DNA from: Podarcis filfolensis
Taxonomy: Eukaryota
Reading direction: 5' to 3' (one strand)
Length of the DNA stretch: 64,000 nucleotides
NCBI GenBank assembly: GCA_964270895.1
Contig: OZ185443.1
Both the position numbers and the translations under genes were made by a program. The notes beneath the pieces are model-generated. The model did no database searches and was not told the origin of the DNA. It saw only the letters and a list, made by a program, of their open reading frames with translations. Positions 13,068 through 26,902 of the stretch are shown here, piece after piece; positions within the stretch are counted from its first letter, which is position 1, and the number at the start of each line of letters is the position of its first letter.

Positions 13068-13275
13068 TGAATGAATATAATTTGCATGTCCAAATTCAGG
13101 GTGAAAACGGTGGGACGTAACAGGCAGACAAAAGAGAGAACAACTGAATTCTCTCCACTGGTGGATCTAGCTTCTGCATACACTCAAAACTCATGATAGG
13201 CTTTGCAAAGTGAATTGTCAGTATATTAAAAAGTCAGAAATGTAAATAATATTACCTGCAGGTCACTTAGTAGTA

Positions 13276-13308
13276 TTCTTTCTTTCTTTCTTCTTTCTTT
13301 CTTTCTTT
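13276..13308. repeat. Imperfect (CTTT)n microsatellite
   Basis: Read directly from the sequence. Confidence 0.85.
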
Positions 13309-14756
13309 TACCTTTGAGCTATTATTGAGCAGTGATCAGCAGCTCAAAGGAACGAGCATGGTACTGCTGATGCCATCACAAGTATCTGTGAAAACTGCTA
13401 GCAAAGATGGTTACAGATCACTGTCAGGGACAACACTCAAACCCCTGCAAAAGTGCAAAGTTGGATGGCAAGCAGTTCCACCATTCCACACATACATTAC
13501 ATATGGTCTGAGCAGATGACTTCCAGGACAGATGCTGGTCAGACTTACCAGTCTGATACGTCCATACTTTTTTCATGCCCATCTCTGAATCTTAAAACAT
13601 TTTCTTAAAACGTTTGCAATCTTCCATTTGTATCTTCCCAGGCCTGCCCTGGGACCTGCCTACATCTTTTTCTTCCTAATACTATCCCATCCTTACCATA
13701 CCTGACATTTCTTCTCCTTTAACTGATCCACTGGCTTTCAGTTTGTTGTGTTGCTATCAGCTGACTTTCCATTGTTCTTCCTGGTGAAGGATCTACCCTG
13801 ATCTCAATTTATACCTACTGCTTGCTCCCTTCCACTGTACTATATCTGTAGCTGGAACTCTTGCGGCTTTGGACACAATTCAAGGACATTGGTGTGAAAA
13901 TGTCTAATAATTTTGTATCACAACTCTATGTGAAATGTAAGATTAGCATTTGAGGAGGTGAAGATCGCTGGATGAATCGAATGCCAAAACCCAGGATAAA
14001 CAAAGACAGGTATTTTAACAAGATAAAATGAAACGCTGAAAATCAATCAGAAGGGATTGTGTAATAAAAAGTCAGGCACGAGTGACAGAGCTAGCTGGCG
14101 GGAGAGGCCTTGTACTACACAGATGTGGAATCTGAGACTACTCTCCACTGCTTGCCGTCTGGAAAACGAGGAAAGCAGAATGGCTAATATAGCTGGGTTT
14201 AGAGAGATAGTGTGAGATCAAAGAAATACAGCACAGTTCCATAGGAATGGATTTCTTACGAAGCACCCAAAATCCTGTGATAAAGAAGGCCAGCTGGTCG
14301 TGGTAAGGGGGTGCAGGGATGCAGAATATCCTCAGCTCCTACAGCAAAGTGAAGAAAATCCTTGCTGGTCCCCCCAAAGGGTCTGTGATGAGAAATCCCT
14401 GGTATATGATGTCTCGTCCAGCTGGCTAACAACTAAAATAATTTTTGCTCTTTTCTGCTGGCTGGAAGAAGGAAATATTTTGGCTTCTTTAGAGCAGCCA
14501 TCTGGCTTTAAAGTTAGCTGTTTCTGTGTGAAGTGGAGTCACTTGGAGTCCAGCGAAGTTATAATGACCCCAGGGTACACAAATATATGCTGAGTGACAG
14601 GATCTCTCTTGGCTTTCTATAGTATGCAGTGTGCATATCAAGTGACTGACGTGGTTAAGGCAGAGTGTGCTGTAAAGCGTGCACAGCTTATTAAAACCTG
14701 TTATATGCAGCCCATAATGCTCTTTTTTATCACTGTTTCTCCCACCCCCCCACCAG

Positions 14757-14944
14757 GTGAAATTATAAACTGGGTTGCATTAGACTATGAAAAGCAGGCT
14801 CACCACTACCTGATTGCTCTGGTGACTGACCACGGGGTCCCGCAACATAATGCCACAATAACAGTCTATATCTCTGTTACCGATCTCAATGACAACCACC
14901 CATGCTTCCCGCAGCTTCTGTCTGGAGCAGAGCTACATGTCAAG
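14757..14944 (+). CDS. DCHS2: DCHS2 internal exon (phase 1 to 0)
   Basis: caccag|GT acceptor, CAAG|gtttga donor; EIINWVALDYEKQ...TDHGVPQ...TDLNDNHPCF. Confidence 0.9.
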
Positions 14945-15715
14945 GTTTGAACAGATTGAAATCCCTTTCTTATCCATGTGTAACTTGAAGAAGCACCTTT
15001 GTGTCGCGTATGAATGCTATTAATGTGTGACAGAATGTGAAAGAGTTGTTTTTAAATGAAACGCATGTTCCAACCAGTGTAGGTGTTAAATTTGCGTTTT
15101 ACAGACCAATGTAAGCAAAAAAGGCCTTTTAAACCTTATAGTGTCTTTACTGCAGCACACAATAATTTTTTAAAAATTTGTTTTGAGCACCATCTTGTGG
15201 TTAGAATATGGGGAAACAGCTGAAAATCACAGTTGGCACATAATCAGGGCAAGCATGATTCTAATATATCAAACTATTGAGGTAAAATCTGTTTAAACTT
15301 AATTTTCAGTTTACTGTAGCTTACATTTGCTGCATATGCTACTAGCCCATAGACATGTTGGTTCTATGCAGCTGCTTATCCCACAGAATGGGAATGCTTG
15401 ATCAGGGTCTGGGGGACCCAGACTACTTAATTTACTTTTCACATTTTTATCAATTAGTTCTTCACATTGCCTAACGTAATGCAACTTCTGCATGACTTGG
15501 AATTTTGAACTGCCCAAATGTTCTTTTTGAACTGCCCATTCTCCCACCCTCTAATAGCCCATTTAATGGGTCTGGATGCCCATTAAAAGCCTTTCCATTT
15601 GCACTCTGCCATTCCCTTTTAGTGCTTTAGTTTTGAACCTTTCTTTAATGTATATTAATTTAGTTGGTCTTTCTTCTGTGGAAAGTCTAATTTTAATCCA
15701 TCTGCTTGCTATTAG

Positions 15716-15815
15716 GTTTTGGAAGGGCAACCAGCAGGAACCCTGGTTGCCACTATATTTGCCAAGGACCTTGATTCTGGGAACAGTGGGATCGTGTTAT
15801 ATTCATTGTCCTCAG
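15716..15815 (+). CDS. DCHS2: DCHS2 internal exon (phase 0 to 1)
   Basis: attag|GTT acceptor, TCAG|gtaaaa donor; VLEGQPAGTLVATIFAKDLDSGNSGIVLYSLSS. Confidence 0.9.
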
Positions 15816-18224
15816 GTAAAAAAATCCTTACTTCTCAAGTAGAGATAAGAAAGTGCACAATATCCAGATACATTGGGCAAAGTTGTAACCGTACAACATA
15901 AACTGAGGGCAAAGATCTGTTCTTGGCTGCTCTTGGAAACTTCTCTTTTCTGAATCAAACACTGATTCAAGTTTATTAAGTGGAATTCCCACGTCTCTCC
16001 ATCACATGTGGCATGCTGCCAGTTTATTATGAGGTATATTCAGTTTTAAATGTGAGAGTTGTAAAAATGTCTGATTTTCAAACTTATTATTATTGACATT
16101 TCTCTCTTCATGCTTTCATGATCTTTGTAATATCGGGAGTAGCTCTCTCTACCTTTTTATCCTTCCACGCTTGTTTTTGTTGCGTTTAGAATTCTTAATC
16201 GAAAGCACTCACTTAGCACACCCAGGATTAAGTTGGTAACACTAAGTAAAACATGTTCAGTGTAGTTTAGGATTTCATCTGTTATAGGCAGATGCTTTCA
16301 CCGTCCCAGTGGGAAAATGACCTTTCCTTTCCCATGACTAACTGGAAATCTTCTTCCTATAGGAATTGACCATGACAGTCTGGGACAGGGATCAAAAGAT
16401 AATGTGAGCAAACAATGGGGGCTTGTGTAGATCCTATTTCATCCTTTGTTGGGTCGAATGTTTGCTGGAGAGAATTCTGCAGCAAAACTGTGTTTGCAAT
16501 CATGTCCTGCTCATTGGCTTCCCACAGTCTTCTGGTTGGTCACTTTGAGAACAGGACGCTGGACTCTGAAAGCAGTATGCTGGTCTAATCCTGAAGTGTT
16601 CTTATCTTTCCTTTTACTAGGTCCTAGTTTTGGCTTATTTATAAAAAAAAATTAAAAATTGCAGGTCTAAAATGACCCTCTCTAGTGCTAACGATCTGTG
16701 ATCATGCACTGCATATTTATTCTGGAGTCATTGAACATAAAATAGTGACAGAGCCTCCAGCTTTTTACAGTCCTTATTAAAAAGAGCAAAAGGAGGAAAC
16801 TTAAAAAAAAGTCCCATGGAAACCTAACAGACCAATATTTTATTGCTGTCTTATGAGTTAGGCTATAGCCTATTAAAATTCATGCCTAGATACCAGTGTT
16901 CGAAACTCTCATTGTTCTCGGTGCATTTTGCAGCAGGGAATTTCATTAGCGCGAGCAGTTTCTGAGCTCTGAGTGCAGTAGTACACCTAAGAATTTGGAT
17001 TAAAACTGCAGAGTGGAAGGAAAGGAGGAGCTTTTTCTGCCTCTCCACTTCCAGCTACTCTCTGAAGACTGGAGAAGAGACACTCTGAATAATATTAGGG
17101 GGGTGGGCAGGGAAAGGACCAGACCATGTGAAAAATGAACATAACATTTTAGCTGCAGTTCATTCATTTTCAGCTTTGTATTCTTGTTATAAAAAAGTGT
17201 GCCTAGACATTCCGTTGTTGTGCCCATAACTTAGGTTTGAGGTGCCATTTAGCTCCTAGCTTTCATATCTCAGTTTCTAACACTGCTTGATACATTTATT
17301 AGTCTTTGAAACATGACTCTTCACTTCTGCAACATTAAACACATGGCCGAACTTCATTTTTGAAACAACCATTTTTTTACACTATTTGCATTCAAATATC
17401 ATTGTTATTTATCCTTAAATGTTGGCTTTTTTTTTTCTTAGCAAAGTTGTGATTATTAGCCCGTTTGAATCAAGAATAATTTGTATCCCTGAATTTAAAA
17501 CTGGTAGAGAATAATGCAATCTTAATACAGATGAATTTTACATTTCTCAACTGTTACGCTTCAACGTAGCTCCAATTTGCATCCCAGAGTCAGCTTATAC
17601 TTGTCATAATTATTTGTTGGTGAATGAACTCAAACTAAAGTACCATGAAAACCAAATTACCTCTTTTCCTTAACAGAGAAAAAACAGTAACTACTTCCTA
17701 AAGTCCTCCCTGGAAGACTTGTAGCCTAACATACTTTCACATACTGCATGTGATATCTTGGGGGAAAGCAAGAAATCCAGACTTCACTAACCCCACAATG
17801 ACTAGCTCATTCATTCCTAATTGTGAGAAACTGGATACGTGAAACCTGTTTTCTGGGCCTCTCCATGGAAGTAAACCATGGAAGTTGGAGATTGCCTTCC
17901 TGAACCACTAGGGTTAGGGTATGCTATAAAATAGCACCACTGTTCAGAAACTACAGCTGGTGCAGAGCATTATTGTTTGGCTCCTGAGGGAATGGGCTGT
18001 CAGATACTGGTGCTGCGTCTTCCTGTTTTTATTCTTGGGTGCAGGCATCAAGAAATCCCTCTGGCCCTTAGGTTAAAAAAGGGAGAACTATCCATTGTTC
18101 TTCATGATAAACTTAACTCACTGACAATTACCATTCACTTTTCCTTCTGATTTGGACTCTGGGTTAGGCGAGTAAAATGGTTTTGACTTAGGCATGTGTT
18201 GCAGAGTCCTTGGGCAGTAGGATG

Positions 18225-18450
18225 TTATTATTATCGTTATTTATTAAATTTGTATACCGGCCTTCATCCGGTGGTTCACAGCATAAAAAATTCAAGATAA
18301 AAAACACAAAAATACATAGTAAAAACAAAAACAAATACCTCCCCACTCTCACAATGCATTTAAAAGAGTATCAGGTGTTAATCAGCCAAAAGGTTGGCTG
18401 AAGAAGAACGTTTTTGCCTGGCACTTAAAGGTTTATAATGAAGGCCTCCC
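18225..18450 (-). mobile_element. L2-type LINE 3' end fragment
   Basis: ttattatt...tttattaaatttgtataccggccttcatcc tail and gaacgtttttgcctggcacttaaagg body resemble squamate L2 3' ends. Confidence 0.55.
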
Positions 18451-19530
18451 TCAGGCATCCTGTCTGCTCTTCAGGCCATGTCCCTTGATATTTGGTAAGG
18501 CCAACAAAGCTGTTACCACATCCTCTGTGTTTCCAGAGGGCCTAAAATCCATATGGATGCTACACAAGGATTTTGAAGTGGCTCTTACAGTGCCTTTGCA
18601 GGGGCAAATGCAAGCACACCTTGTTGCAGCTTCTCTGGATCATTTCTTCCTGTGTTCTACAGCTGTGATCCTTGCATCTTGTCCATTGAACTGTGCATGT
18701 ACTTCCTATTAGGACAAGAGACAGAAGTACTGTACATCCATAAGGGGCTTGGGGGGGGAGTTCAGTTCACTCTAGCTTTTGCAGCCAGGGACTTTCAGAA
18801 CATGCTGCACTGGTTTACTGGCTCCCATCTCTTGTTTAGTGGAGGTTTTCTGACAATAATTGTTCTCTCGCAGACTGAAGAAAAGTTGTAGGTGTCAGTT
18901 GATGCCGATAGCCTAAACTCAGCATTTAGCAGGAGATTATTTATGAAAATATTTAATAGAGCAGAATCAATATTTGGGAATTGTTGTAAAATGTAGTCAA
19001 GTGCAGAATGGTTGCATTAAATTGTATTTTATCCCCGTTGTCAGGTTTTTTGTTCTGCTCTGGTTACCAGAAACTATTTTTATGTAGTTTTTGTGCCAAT
19101 TTTTCACCAAAATTGTTTCTCGTCTTGTTTTATGGTCCGTAAGTATACACATGGGCATTTATATTGATAGTTATGCAGCGTAACCAATCTGTTCTATCTT
19201 CAGTATACACCCAGTGTTTATTGAAGGCATCTGTTGCAGCCACTCAGGATTGTATTCGACAAAGTAGTTCTGTTAGCACAAGGATTTTCGTTTCTGTGAT
19301 AGAAGTTCTCTTGCAACTTTTCTCCCCCTCCCCAGATCTGCCCCCATAACACATTTAGGGGATGCATATGGAGGGGAATATGAGGGGCAGTTCTACTGTG
19401 CAGCCAAAAATCGAACTAACGGGACTACTTTGTTGATACCACCTCAGGACTTAGGTTTGTTCTGTGATGTACTGTTTCTATAGCACTTCTTAACGTGCAA
19501 GTATATTAATAGTTTTGTTATCTTTTTCAG

Positions 19531-19688
19531 GGGAAAGTTTAGGCCATTTTCAGATTGACAGCAGCAGTGGAGAGTTAAGGACCACTGAAGCTCTTTTGTA
19601 CAATTGGCGTTCAAGCTACCAAATGGCAATCACTGCAGCTGATCAGGGAGTCCCTCCTCTTCAAGGACAAGTAGTCATCACTGTGGAG
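19531..19688 (+). CDS. DCHS2: DCHS2 internal exon (phase 1 to 0)
   Basis: tttcag|GG acceptor, GGAG|gtattg donor; ESLGHFQIDSSSGELRT...ADQGVPPLQGQVVITVE. Confidence 0.9.
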
Positions 19689-20488
19689 GTATTGATTTAA
19701 AACAGGCATGGTTTTCTTGAAGTATCTGGAGCACAAACCAGTTAGAACATGCCTGGAGCTCCCTCTCCCCCACAATCCATATATTTCTCTGCTGAGCCAA
19801 TACTGGAAAGGGAAAATGTTTTACTCAATTTTAAATATAGGAACTGCATATGTCATGCCAAACATTTCTGCCTCATTAAGCGGAAGCCATCAGTGAAAGT
19901 GAGAAAGGCAATACACTTTTTTAAAAATAGAAATTAGTGGGAAACTTGCAAACACTCTGAAACACACACACGTGTGTGTGTCTTGGTTGCAAACTAAGTT
20001 AGTTGTACTTAGGTCCCATTGGAAGCAATGTGAAATAAATTTCATTGTAATCAATTACAGCTTGTGATCAATGGGACCTAATTATGAATAATTTAGATGG
20101 GATCCAATTCTCTGTCTTTATCAGATTGTTCCTTTGCCTGACACTGTTGGCCTGATCAGAGACTTTTTAAAGAGAACTTACTGTCCTCTGAACCAAACCT
20201 TGGGAACCTCCTGAGATTGCTTTTCTGAATATACTCACTTATCATCACTGTTGTTGGTTTGTACCATTATGACCAGACAAAAGTGGCAAATTGGAATTGT
20301 GCAAATGCAGGCAGTGTTGAACATGATTTAACCTGGTGCATTTCAAACCACAGTTGCTATTCTGTCAGGGGATATACTTACTGATTAGCTTCAGTAAAGG
20401 AGACTTGCTGGCCCCTGTGTAGAAAGACCATACCTTATGAAGTTTGAATAAATACCTTTAATTTAAGTTTTTTAGTAGGAGCACTGTA

Positions 20489-20490
<2 letters not shown>

Positions 20491-20522
<32 letters not shown>
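20491..20522. repeat. (AC)16 microsatellite
   Basis: Read directly from the sequence. Confidence 0.97.
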
Positions 20523-20524
<2 letters not shown>

Positions 20525-21204
20525 TGTTGAGATAACATTTGTGGTTTGCACAGTGAGTACTGTGCAAGTTATGCACAAGATTGCATAGTATTAAGGAGAT
20601 TTGCACCTTTTGTAGTTTGCCACTTTTAATTTGTTTTTGAAATGGTACAGCCTCCTTTTTCCAATATTCCTTCCTCAATTATGGGCCTTCATCAAGACCT
20701 CTGTTGCCAGATAAATATAAGATTCATAGCACATTGCCAAAAAGAATGTAACTTTAGTTAGTTTTAAAGAATCCTCTAGTAGTTTTTCCTGATTAGGCGA
20801 CTGTTGGGTTATGATTCTTGGAAGTGCTTGAGACGGTTAGAAAGATTTGCACCAAAGCAATTCCTGCTGTGATTTGATAACCTTTCTGAAAAATCAATTG
20901 ATAGATTAAACCATTTATCGTGTTTTGTTTGGGCTGTATTCTTACAAGCACAGGAACTCTTTCGGCTATTAGGGAATGATAAATTTGTGGCTGAGGAATG
21001 AACGTCGACAAGAAGCCTCTTCTAAGTGTAAACACTTGTGCTGCTTGTTGAATTCCTGAGGTATATTAGCATTAGCTGAAGTACATGTGCTCAGGCTGAG
21101 AACAATGAATGTCCTAGAAAAAGTAAAATATATTTTCAATAAATAAGAGGAGTATTAGTGCTATTTGCTTGTTTCGCTTCTCAAACTTTGTTCTTTTGTT
21201 TCAG

Positions 21205-22045
21205 GTAATCCCACTTCCCCAAGGGAGATCTGTTCCCTCCCCAAACATCAGACATTTTGTCCTACCAGAAAATTTTAGGCCTGCGCAAATGCTGGGCTCT
21301 CTAAAATTACCTCATCAGCACCCATATTCCAACAGAAAACAGCATTTTAGCATATTTGAAGAAGATTCTGATGCTCCATTTGAAATCAGCAGTGCTACTG
21401 GGGATCTGTTTCTTTCCAAGGAACTTGATTATGAAACAGCATCTCACTACTTCCTTAGAGTTGTTGTGAACGAATACCTGAATAGTTCTCCACAGAATAA
21501 TACTTTTTTCCTTAGTATTGATGTCAAAGATGAAAACGACCAATCACCATCTTTCCAGGATGACTTTGTTGTAATTGGGATAGAGGAGAATGTGCCCGTT
21601 GGCACCTTGGTGTACACGTTTAATGCAAAAGATGGAGATGGAAGTTTTTTAAACAGCAACCTTCAGTATTCTATACACGGGAATGACTTCACTGAAAATC
21701 CCTTTCTCATTCACCCCTCTTACGGTAGCTTAATCACAGCAGTTCCCCTTGACCGAGAGATGACTCCATTTGTTGTCCTGACAGTATCAGCAACAGATCA
21801 GGCTGCAAACTTGACTGATCGCAGGCAGAGTTCATTGACAGCAAAAGTCATCATTTTAGATGTCAACGATAACCACCCTAGCTTCATTTCATCTCCTCTT
21901 TCCTACGTTAGAGAAGACGCAGAGGTAGGCTCATTAGTGCATCACATACTTGCACGGGATCTAGACCAAGGAAGGAATGGACAAGTCACATACCATCTTC
22001 TCTCGAATAATGAAGACCATCCATTTGTAATAGATAAAACTGCAG
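21205..22045 (+). CDS. DCHS2: DCHS2 internal exon, 841 nt (phase 0 to 1)
   Basis: tttcag|GTA acceptor, GCAG|gtaagg donor; within ORF 21169-22065; LDYE, DENDQ, LDRE, DVNDN motifs. Confidence 0.93.
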
Positions 22046-22900
22046 GTAAGGGTAAAAAGGGCTAAGTTAGCCCATAGAAGTCGCACTGGGAATTCTTTCC
22101 ATCTCCTTTTTTTAAAAAAAAGAACTCTTGAAAGCAACTTTTTGATTGAACATAGAGCAAAAGTGTTGTGGAAACTTGTAAACATTCACCAGCTTCCACA
22201 CAGAATTTAACATATATTAAAGGACTGTAGAAATGCATGGTCCAATTGAGTGTCAGTCTCAGCCCCAGTGACAAAGTGTCAAGGAAAGAAGCAAACAGGC
22301 AAGTTAAGCACCTCTGTAAGGGAAAAGGCACGTACTAGTAATTTATTTAGCAGCACTTGGCCCACAATCCAGAATCGGAAGCAATGGTTTGAAGCACATT
22401 TGCAAACTATGCTTTGAGCTCTGATTTGTGCAAACAAAAAGCAGGTTACAAATGGAGAAGGTCAGCAGGGATATGGGAGCTATCTAGTGTATCACACAGG
22501 GTGTGTGAAAATAAGGCATAGGTGTTTGCTCCCTTGAGGCCAGCTTTTCCAGCTGACCTGGAGAAGTTGAGGCAGAAAGTCTTATGTAATATCTCTTCTG
22601 CTGCAGTGGAGAATGAGTGGCTCAAGGAAGGGGGGGGGTGTCATTTTGATGAAAATGGAAGTGATCCCTTAAAGGGGACTTTTTCCTTGTGGATATAGCA
22701 GGCAAAGGCAAATCTTCTTTATGGTAATGTTTTCTCTGTACTTTAGCAACTCAGACCTTGGTTTGGCATCTGAACTATAGTTTGCACAAACCATTGATTT
22801 GACATGAGAGCTGAACTGAGCCATAGAAAAGCTTTACTGAAACACCAACTGCATTGGGAGAAATTTTATATCCTTATGACAATTTTCCCTCTCACAACAG

Positions 22901-23140
22901 GACTGCTAACTACCGCCTTTGCTTTGGATCATGAACACCAAGAATATTACAACCTGACCATTGTGGCCCTCGATAATGGTACCCCAGCTCTGTCTGCAAC
23001 TCAGAGTCTGACAATAATTGTTGTCGATGTGAATGACGAAGTTCCAGTGTTTACCAGATCTCTATATGAATCTTTCATCTGTGAAAATGAAGATCCAGGA
23101 GCAGTTGTCATTAAAGTTGAAGCCATAGATAAAGATTCAG
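22901..23140 (+). CDS. DCHS2: DCHS2 internal exon (phase 1 to 1)
   Basis: caacag|GA acceptor, TCAG|gtagtt donor; LLTTAFALDHE...DVNDEVPVF...AIDKDS. Confidence 0.9.
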
Positions 23141-25169
23141 GTAGTTTGCTTTCTACAAAAAATTGACAAATTCACAGTATTTTGACATCAACCTTTGAAT
23201 AGATTTCCAAGCATAACTGAGTATTTAGTGTTTTGAGGAGCACTCTTCTTTGCCCTTTATTTTTTTTCTCTCAAAAGCATTTTTTTTAAAAAGCAACACG
23301 TTTAATGGAAATTGGAAACATGCATTAATATTATTTGGCCAGAGTGGGGCACTGTAATCCCAGCATCTGTTTTTTCCTCTATTATAGCTAAAAAGAGATT
23401 GTGACCTACAGAGCGAACCTTTTTCTAAACATAAAAAGTAACAACACAAACACTTCCTTTGCATTTTAATGTTCCCCAGATACTAACGTTAGAAGTAAAA
23501 GGAGAAGTTCAGCTCCTGTGGAATTTTCCCTAAGCAAAAAAATACTTCCAAAATTCTCGGGTACAGGATCGGTTGCATCTGTTAATGTCCCATGGATTTT
23601 AGTGAGATTAAAGTTTACGTAGCTGGGCATGCAATGACAGCGACAGCAGAGCATCCACTGGTCTTGTCAAGAAGCTTGAGCGACAGAGGACTTGATAGGA
23701 AATTGGCTATAGGTGTTCATAATTCCTGAGCAAATCAAGCCAAAGAGGAAGGTATTTACCTCTCCGCTCCTCTCTTGTCCAGTAAGCTTCATGTCTAATA
23801 TTACCATTTCTGCTGAAGAATGCTTTTGTAATTATTCCCACAGAAGCATGTACCTGAAAACATTATATTGGAATTATCAGTCCATGAAAATTTTTGTGTG
23901 ATGATGCTATTACAAGAATCTGGGAAGGACCTAGGAACTTGCTCTTGGGGTTCCATGAAATAGCACTACCCATGAAGAGTTCCTAAGTCATATTTTTCAT
24001 ACGTATGCTTGCAGAGATAACAGAAAAATACACTCCCCTGGAGGCAAATCAGACTGGTCCAAAATTTGCACCACAACTTTATACATAGACTTGGATCGTA
24101 AGTTATGTACAAGTAACCTTAAAGTGGAACAGCTACTTGGTGGACCTGTGTGGTTCCAGATCATCATATTGCATTGCTTTTAATGTTGCTGTTAACTACA
24201 GCAGTATAAGCAAGACTACTTAAAAGATGGAGGCTTGAGTACAAAGAGATGCACTGGCGGTGGTTTCATCAGGGCAACATTTTGGACAGGTCTCCAGGGT
24301 CTCACTAAAAAGAATAGGCAGGTCCCAGACACAGCATTGCTGACTTACCAGTTTTTGAGTGAGGCAATTCAAATTAACTTCCAAAGAGGAACTCCTACCA
24401 TACCAGTAAGCTGCATTGAATCCAGAATCTAAAATGGCCTAATTGTGCCATTTTGTACTTTGCAAGAAGTGGGGTTTCTCAATATCTCCCTTGGAAAACC
24501 TCCTCAAACCCTGTGTAGCGCTTAGGAAGCTGGTCCCCAAACTGAATCTGTCTGTCTGTCTGTATCTGTAATACAGACAAATATTTAACTTTTACCTAGC
24601 TGCAAGTCATATACAATAACCTGAGATGCATACTTGTTATCCTCTCTGCAAAATGCAGGATTAAATCCATTATACTTAATAGCACCAGTTATTTTGCTGT
24701 ATAACACGTTATGAAAATGGTGCCATGCTTTCCTCGGGAGAGCACTGAAACCACAAGAAATATGGGAACAATTTATTCTGAAGCAATAAAGGATGCGAAT
24801 GGGAAACAGAGTTCCCACTACAGAAGGCATACAGCTATAGCAAGAAGCAAACAGCTGCTAAAGTTCATAAACAACATTTTCTCCCGCAGCACTGAGGAGA
24901 GTGGTATTGATTTTGCATGGTAACAAAGTATTACGGAACGCCATATAAACTGTAGTTGCAGCTACCCCATTCTTAAGTAAAGTGCACAAATAACAATCAA
25001 GAAGGCAGGGTTCTCAAGTAGTGAAACACACCTCCTTTAGGTGGCTGGGCATTTGCTGGGTGATGACAAGTGCATTCTAGATCAGAGTTATCAGTCTTTT
25101 CATGCTGAGGTCCATGTGTAGGGTGAAAGACTGAATCTGTAGTGGAATTGAGGGGGCAAGATTAAATGA

Positions 25170-25270
25170 GGGGAGAACCACCTTGAGCTCCTTGGAGAAA
25201 AAGGTGGAACGTAAGTGAAATCAATCAATCAATCAATCAAACAAACAAACAAACAAACAAACAAACAAAC
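25170..25270 (+). mobile_element. L2-like 3' terminus with (AATC)5(AAAC)8 tail
   Basis: aaccaccttgagctccttggagaaaaaggtgg resembles the L2 3' stem-loop; microsatellite at 25219-25270. Confidence 0.5.
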
Positions 25271-26269
25271 GGTATGTTTGGCTTGTGATTCTTATTGTAG
25301 TTGCCAACACCATGTGTCCCATAGCCAATTTTCAGTTGGTTTCACCAAAAAGTAGTTAAAAATATCATTTCGTAATGTGATAAGAATAGTGTATTTAAAC
25401 TACCCTATTTTTAGTATGAGGTTGTTTATTAAGGCTGCTTCTGCTGCTTGTGGGCAATGCAGAAATACAGGGGCTACATGTCCATAACGACTTGGAAAGC
25501 TGTTGTATACAGAGTCAGTCGCCTAGCCCAATATTGGTTGCCTACCCAATATTGGCTTCTCTGAGTGGCTGCAGCTGAATTTAGGCAGGGGTCACTCACC
25601 TCCTTATCTACCTGGTGCTTTTTAAATAGAGGTCCTGGGAATTCATGCAAAACATGTGCTCTATCTCAGAGCTACAGTTTCCCTCCATTAAGAGATAAAC
25701 GAGACTTGTATGAATTCCCTCTTACTCTCTTAAATTGGTTAGGGCATACACATAAATGTTCTCCTTACTGGGTACTTCTGACTTACTGAGATTTCCAGAT
25801 TACTAGATCTTGTACACCCGGTAACCCTGTGTTGTTTACTGTATTCTGGTTTGTATTGCATAAACTACAACATTGGCTCTGCCTGATTAGGTAGGGGTTT
25901 CTTAGATGGTCACCTGAGGAGCTACATGGCAAGCACCTTTTAATATTTGGAGAATTAGGAATGATGTCTAATGCAGTATAACTTGGCAAGAAAAAACTCG
26001 CACTAGACTCACACAAGTTCTTGGTGCGAGCCAGCAAGAGTTCTCCAGATTTTTATAAATAGGTTTATGTTTGTCTTTCAGTTCATTACTAAAGTTGCGC
26101 TGAGCTTTTTTGTTTTATACAAGGGATTCTATACAAGTAATAATGAATTCAGTTACCTTTATACCAAAATATTTCCATAGGAAAATAGCTAGTAAGCCAG
26201 TACCTGGACTATTAATACTGAGGTTTGATACACTTAGATGATTTATTGGTTTTCCCATTGTATTTTAAG

Positions 26270-26404
26270 GAATCAATTCTCTACTCCAGTATGAAATTTT
26301 ACCAGGTCCTGGATATGAAACTTTTCAAATAAACCCAGATACTGGAGAGATTACAACAGTCACCTCGCTTGACAGGGAGGCTCAAGATAAATTCACTATT
26401 AAAG
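26270..26404 (+). CDS. DCHS2: DCHS2 internal exon (phase 1 to 1)
   Basis: ttttaag|GA acceptor, AAAG|gtaaga donor; INSLLQYEILPGPGYETFQINPDTGEITTVTSLDREAQDKFTIK; not in ORF track. Confidence 0.9.
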
Positions 26405-26692
26405 GTAAGAATCTACTTCAGTTTAATGGGTGTTGCACAAAATTTGCAAGTAAATCAGTGGTTTTTTAACAAAAAAAACCCTGAGATTTTAATAGAAGTT
26501 GTTACTTATTGTCTCTACGCCAGGGCAACAAAATTTAATGAAACAAAAGCAGTGCAATGTGTTCAGAAACATAAAGTTGTGTTGTGTCTTAGGAGGAACA
26601 GCATGCAAAGTTTGTTGTTCTCACGTTGTTGGCAGGCAGTCTACTGTACCTTGCTTTTGTATACTAGCTTTCAAATGTGCTTTTCTATTTAG

Positions 26693-26902
26693 TGCTGGTT
26701 CAAGACAGTGGAACTCCCATTTTATCCAGTACAGCGACAATAATCTTCAGAGTACTGGATGAAAATGACCACGCTCCCAAGTTCATCCTTCCAGTTTCTG
26801 AGATCCAAATTATGGAGAACCAAGAGCCTTCAACCGTATCAACTGTGTTGGCTGTAGACAAGGACGCTGGTGGTAATGGGACTGTGCAATATCACATCAT
26901 TG
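26693..26902 (+). CDS. DCHS2: DCHS2 internal exon (phase 1 to 1)
   Basis: atttag|TG acceptor, ATTG|gtaggc donor; LVQDSGTP...LDENDHAPKF...AVDKDAGGNG. Confidence 0.9.

Noticed and set aside
14215-14223. Isolated transcription-factor motifs such as TCF/LEF AGATCAAAG
   Set aside because: Single short motifs are expected by chance in 64 kb, and there is no clustering or conservation data.
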